A model generated the notes under the pieces. It did not search any database, had not been told where the DNA came from, and saw only the letters and a list, made by a program, of their open reading frames with translations. 51,521 bases of DNA from Diploschistes diacapsis (lineage: Eukaryota). The translations under genes were made by a program, and so were the position numbers. Below are positions 46,730 to 51,521 of this stretch, piece by piece. Each line of letters opens with the position of its first letter. Positions within the stretch are counted from its first letter, which is position 1. The stretch is taken from assembly GCA_023645945.1 (NCBI GenBank), contig JALAIB010000012.1:1-51521 (forward strand), in the 5' to 3' direction.

Positions 46730-48712
46730 AATGGCGCGCGACCGCTTCATGGCCCAGTCATTGGGCGCGTTTCAGCGTCAGATCAAAGGGGTAAGTGTGC
46801 AAAAAGTTATCCGAAACCTCGTTTACTGAATTGCAAGTTACGCATCCTCCTAGTCGGAGCCGGCGGCATCGGTTGCGAGTTGCTCAAAAATCTAGTTTTG
46901 TCTGGCTTTGGAGAAATACATATTGTGGACCTAGACACTATCGATCTAAGCAATCTCAATCGGCAATTTCTCTTCAGACATGAGCACATCAAAAAGTCGA
47001 AGGCGATCGTTAGTGTGAACTGCAAACGGCGGTGGCTTGGCGCTGATAGTTATAGGTTGCAAAAGAGGCGGCGCAGAAGTTCAATCCCAGCGTGAAGCTA
47101 CAAGCTCACCATGCGAATATCAAAGATTCCCAATTCAACCTATCCTGGTTCCAAAGCTTCAACATCGTCTTCAATGCGCTCGACAACCTCGACGCGCGAC
47201 GACATGTCAATCGCATGTGCCTTCTGGCGGATGTGCCTCTTATCGAAAGTGGCACGACTGGTTTCGACGGTCAGGTACAAGTAATCAAGAAAGGGAGATC
47301 AGAGTGCTACGACTGCACGCCCAAGCCAATACCCAAGAGTTTTCCCGTGTGCACAATCCGGAGTACACCGAGTCAGCCAATTCACTGCATAGTATGGGCT
47401 AAAAGCTATCTACTGCCAGAACTGTTTGGGGAAAGCGAAGTGAGTGATGACATGGATGCTTCGGAAGATGCGGAGAATGCGGAGGAGATCAAGCACCTGA
47501 AAGAGGAGGCGTTGGCGCTGAAGAAGATTAGAGAATCCATGGTGTCGGAAGAATTCCCTAAGTTGATATTCGACAAGGTGTACAAGCAGGACATCGAACG
47601 ACTACGGAGTATGGAGGACATGTGGAAGACGCGAAAGCGACCGAATCCGCTGGATTACCAGACAATTTGTGCTGAAGCCAACAGCATCGATGCGAGCATA
47701 TCAAACAGCGATCAGATAGAATGGTCGCTGGCTCAAAACCTAACCGTCTTTTCGGACAGTGTCAAGCGACTGAGTGAGCGATACACGTTGCTGAGAGCTG
47801 CAAATGGAGAGAGCGGACTGGGACCGACAATCGAGTTCGACAAGGATGACGAGGACACGCTAGATTTCGTCGCGGCTGCCGCAAATCTAAGATCACTCGT
47901 ATTCGAGATGCAGCCAAAGTCAAAATTCAACATCAAGCAAATGGCGGGTAACATAATACCGGCTATCGCAACGACCAATGCCATGACTGCAGGATTGTGT
48001 GTACTCCAGGCCTTCAAAGTCCTGAAGGGCGAGTACCACAAAGTGAAAATGGTAAGTTCCCTATGCGTCATCTACTTCAGAACATCAATCTAAGCTGCAT
48101 CAGGCATTCCTAGAACGCTCGACAGCCCGCGTCATCAACTCCGAGCCTCTCCGCCACCCCAACCCCGACTGCAGCATCTGCGGCGTCGCCAGCACAAGCA
48201 TCCACGTCGACCCCTCCCGCGCCACGCTCCACGACCTCGTCGAAGACGTCCTCAAGCCTGAACTCGGCTACAGCAGCGAACTCAGCATCCGCAACGACAC
48301 CGGCCTCCTCTACGACCCGGACTTCGACGACAACCTGTCCAAGAAGTTCAGCGAGCTCGGCATTCGGAACGATAGCATGCTGGTCATTGTCGACGAAGAC
48401 GATAGCGACCCTCACGTCAATTTGTCCCTTGCCGTCACCGAACAGACGTTACCGCAGGACTCGAAACCGGTAATTCTCGAGACGAAGATAGAAGTTGCGC
48501 GCAGACCAAAGGGTATTAGTAACAATGACAACGGGAACAGGACGAACGGTCATGACGACAGGATGGCGTCCAGTGCGAAGCGGAAACGCAGCGCGAGCCC
48601 GCCACCGCAACCGGTCGAAAAGAAAGGGCGTGTCGAAGGGAAGACTGCGAAGGGGGACGCTGTGGTTCAGGTCGACGATTCACATGAGGGAGCTATCATG
48701 ATCGACGACTGA
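46730..48712 (+). CDS. UBA2: SUMO-activating enzyme E1 subunit Uba2, 4 exons
   Basis: [70 protein letters not shown] (catalytic Cys), [22 protein letters not shown]. Confidence 0.95.
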
Positions 48713-49429
48713 GGAAATGCACGTCTCCTACACTGTATTCTTCTCTAGCATTATTCACGAGGCACGGTATCCACAGCGCGTAATCAGCGCCTCTTTGGAT
48801 AACTTCGCAGCTCAAGAATTCGCTACGGCACTTAGATTCCCCAGGCGTTTTTGGCTGCATTGGCGTTGACGGAAATTCGAAATTCGGGACACATTGAGTG
48901 GGAAGTAATGCGGCGTTTACACCGGACATTACGGAAGGGAGAGGTGATGGCATGTTAGCATATACGCGATGGAAGGATCTGGCGCTGCCTGGCTGGTTGA
49001 GCGGCTGAATGTGGATCTGGCTTGAGATGGCTATGGAAATCAGACGAGTAAATATTACCCTATTACGAATGGCATCTACGTGAACTTCGCAATGTGATCT
49101 ATCACATGCTATTTCATTATGGATCACCAAAGGGTTGGGAATCATAATCACATTGGTAGTAGTATTTGTAGACAGAATCTTGGTTGGTAGGAGAGACGTC
49201 GTACCATCGTTCTCTCTCGTAGCAGATAGAATGCAGTCAACCCTACATGGCCAGTTCAATACGTTGGACGAGGTAGGAGTACTTCGAGTCCATGTGCCTT
49301 ATGCCCACATGGTGAAGATGCCGGGTGCACGGACAGCAAGATGGGAGCACTCCGAGATGGAGGACAAAAAGTCCTCAACGAATGCGGCCGAAGAAGTGTA
49401 TCCTAAAACGGGAACTTCCTCGGGCGATT

Positions 49430-50124
49430 TCCTACCGCAGGGGCCCCCTTTTCCTCCTTTTCCTTCCCTACTTTTCCGCCTCACCTCTTGACCCTGCCCC
49501 CCCTTTACGCATACTTCTACTAAGCTTTCTGATTTAATGGGCTTGTCTCCATAGCAGAGCCAAATCCTCCTTTACCAGATTGTGAGCGACTATCCCTTCT
49601 TTGCTACAGCGCTTCTAATTTTTATTAAAATCGGGTAGATTGAGCTAGCACCCTCCTCCATTTTGCACTAGCCTCAACTTTCTTTTCAAGAAATCTGATT
49701 CGGAATCCAGCGTTGTGACAGGTTAGTGGGCCCCTAACTCTTTCGGTTCCTTACACCTGACCAGTACCGATTAGGGCCTATTAGACACACTGCCAATCAA
49801 CAAAAACCGGGATGTGTCGAAACTCCTGTTTGGGGGAGAGAAGGGCGGAGAAGTAATCGAGTTTTATAGGGTTGATCGGGCCGGAAAGAAGGTTCGTAAA
49901 GCCTACGAAGATTAAAAGATTAAATCATAATAACCCAAGGGAAAATAAAAGGTATATTCCAAGCTGGGGTTGGGGGGTATACGTTTCGGATAGAATCTAC
50001 TTCAAAATTAACTTAAGTAAGTTGGTTGCGGAGATGGCAGCTAGAGCTGACATTATAATCGAGGATGAGGACGAGTAGATCCTGCTAGACTTTATTAAAA
50101 GGAATTGAATCGGAATTCGTGACT
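49430..50124 (+). mobile_element. Short truncated, RIP-like degenerate LTR-retrotransposon (copia-like) relic
   Basis: AT/TpA-rich insert between UBA2 and ELC1. ...TTGTGACA (ends 49720) is directly followed by GGTTAGTGGGCCC, close to the copia-type PBS GGTTATGGGCCC. A stop-interrupted frame follows (EMAARADIIIEDEDE*ILLDFIKRN*). Confidence 0.45.
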
Positions 50125-50297
50125 AAATTTTTTTTAAAAAAAATCTTACGTTTTGTCGCTGCCTGGCTTCATATTTCTGTAGCAAAACCACATTAATGAG
50201 CGGTATTTTGACTGCCGCTCGTACCAATTCATCTCTTTTACATACAAATTCTCCGATTCCTTTGCTCCGACACAGAATTGTCTCCAGTAAACGAAAA

Positions 50298-51112
50298 ATG
50301 GCAGCTCCAAACCCCCAAACTGCGGAATTCGTAACTCTGATCTCCAGCGACGGTTTCGAGTTTATTGTCCCGCGGAAAAGCGCGTGCGTGGCGGGGACCA
50401 TCAAGAAGATGCTGGAGGGGGGGAGTAAGTACCCTTTTCAATATTTCGTCTAGCTTTGTGTTTCACGTGGCAAAATCGTGAAGTGGCGGCGGTACAGGCT
50501 CGATATACTGCTCTGGAAGACAGAAAGAGTTGCTTTGTGAGATGGTGGGGCAAATGAAGAAGAAGAAGAAGTTATGCGGTCAGGAGGTAGAAAGCGTTGG
50601 AGAAGAATAAAGCTATGAGGGAATTTGGGGGGTAGGAGGTGAATGGGAGATGGGCCGTCTGAGAGCGATAGGGGCTGAGCATTGTCGAGCACCCTGGTGC
50701 ATGCGCCGGAGCAATGATTCAAAGGCCCTTGTTGCATCCCGCTTCTCCATCGCTTCGCTCTTTGCTGACAATCGTCCCCCCCTGTTGTCATCTAGGCGTC
50801 TTCTCCGAATCCCGAACCGGCCGCTGCGAGTTTGAGAACATCAAGTACTTCTCCACCTTCTTCTCTCCAACCCCTCTCCTCCCATAGCCTTCCCGAATCT
50901 ACTAACGAGGCGGGAAATAGCGGCGTGGTCCTCGAGAAAGTAGCAGAGTACCTCTGCCACAACGCCAAGAACAAGAACGTTACCGGCGTGGCGGACATGG
51001 ACATACCGCCCGAGCTGTGTTTGGAGTTGCTGATGGCGGCGGACTATCTGGACGGTGGGTGCTCCGTTGGTGATGCTGTGGGGAGGGAAAAGCTAATGGA
51101 GGTGCAGTATGA
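50298..51112 (+). CDS. ELC1: Elongin C, 4 exons
   Basis: FVTLISSDGFEFIVPRKSACVAGTIKKML, FSESRTGRCEFENI, VVLEKVAEYL, DIPPELCLELLMAADYLD|V*. First intron 50425-50795. Confidence 0.93.
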
Positions 51113-51488
51113 GCATTGGGCCCAAGTCGAATAAGAGTCTGGACCTATCGGTGATCGCAGAGGAGAAGTCTGTGATCGCACCAGTATCTGCCTCTAGGGA
51201 GGCAAGGGACAGCGCGTTGGGGGGCCGGTATCAGTGGGATAGAGGATGAGCTAAGGGGATGCGGTGGATGAAGATGAATCGCCTGATGATCGCTGTGCTC
51301 CGCCAATGACTGCAAGTGCGTTCTCAGCTTGGGCATATAGCTTTGACAATTCTCGAAGCCAGACATGAGCCCATTCAATCAAATGTCTAACATGACAACA
51401 TGCTCTGCAACTCTATAGACACAAGGCTGCCTTACAATATCATAAGCCGATTTCTACGATATCTCTTTACCCTCTACCACTATTCGTG

Positions 51489-51521
51489 CCCCTCCCTCTC
51501 CCTCTCCCTCTCCCTCTCCCT
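51489..51521. repeat. (CCCTCT)n simple repeat at the window end
   Basis: Consecutive CCCTCT-type units run to the last base. Confidence 0.85.

Noticed and set aside
51489..51521. Telomere repeat at the window end
   Set aside because: The unit is CCCTCT, not CCCTAA; it is an ordinary polypyrimidine microsatellite.

Overview
Eukaryotic DNA from a filamentous ascomycete (Pezizomycotina-type genes with short spliceosomal introns), so the intron-blind ORF track fragments most genes. The window has two compartments. (1) About 64-16,350 is a gene-poor, visibly AT/TpA-richer island. It lies between what looks like the 5' end of the CHL1 helicase (window edge) and the 3' end of EME1. It is full of stop-riddled relics with a RIP-like Gln->stop pattern, including remains of a probable chromodomain-bearing Ty3/gypsy retroelement. 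Only one gene in it looks intact: a 3-exon, 383-aa Uma2-like PD-(D/E)XK nuclease (9,927-11,197, minus) lying between the gag-like and pol/chromodomain-like relics. This is the most interesting candidate, a possibly mobile or selfish nuclease. (2) About 16,350-51,521 is a dense housekeeping block: EME1, a CE2/SGNH esterase pseudogene, an MCT-type MFS transporter, SSP120, TYW2, LCB3, NUD1/Cdc11, RHO4, DAD1, a hypothetical protein, a 73-aa two-exon gene missed by the ORF track, an arrestin-domain protein, CYP10, ZPR1, an RPR2-like gene, DBR1, QNG1, UBA2, a small copia-like relic and elongin C. No tRNA, rRNA or CRISPR features were recognised. All family calls come from motif recognition by eye, with no database searches, and relic boundaries are approximate.
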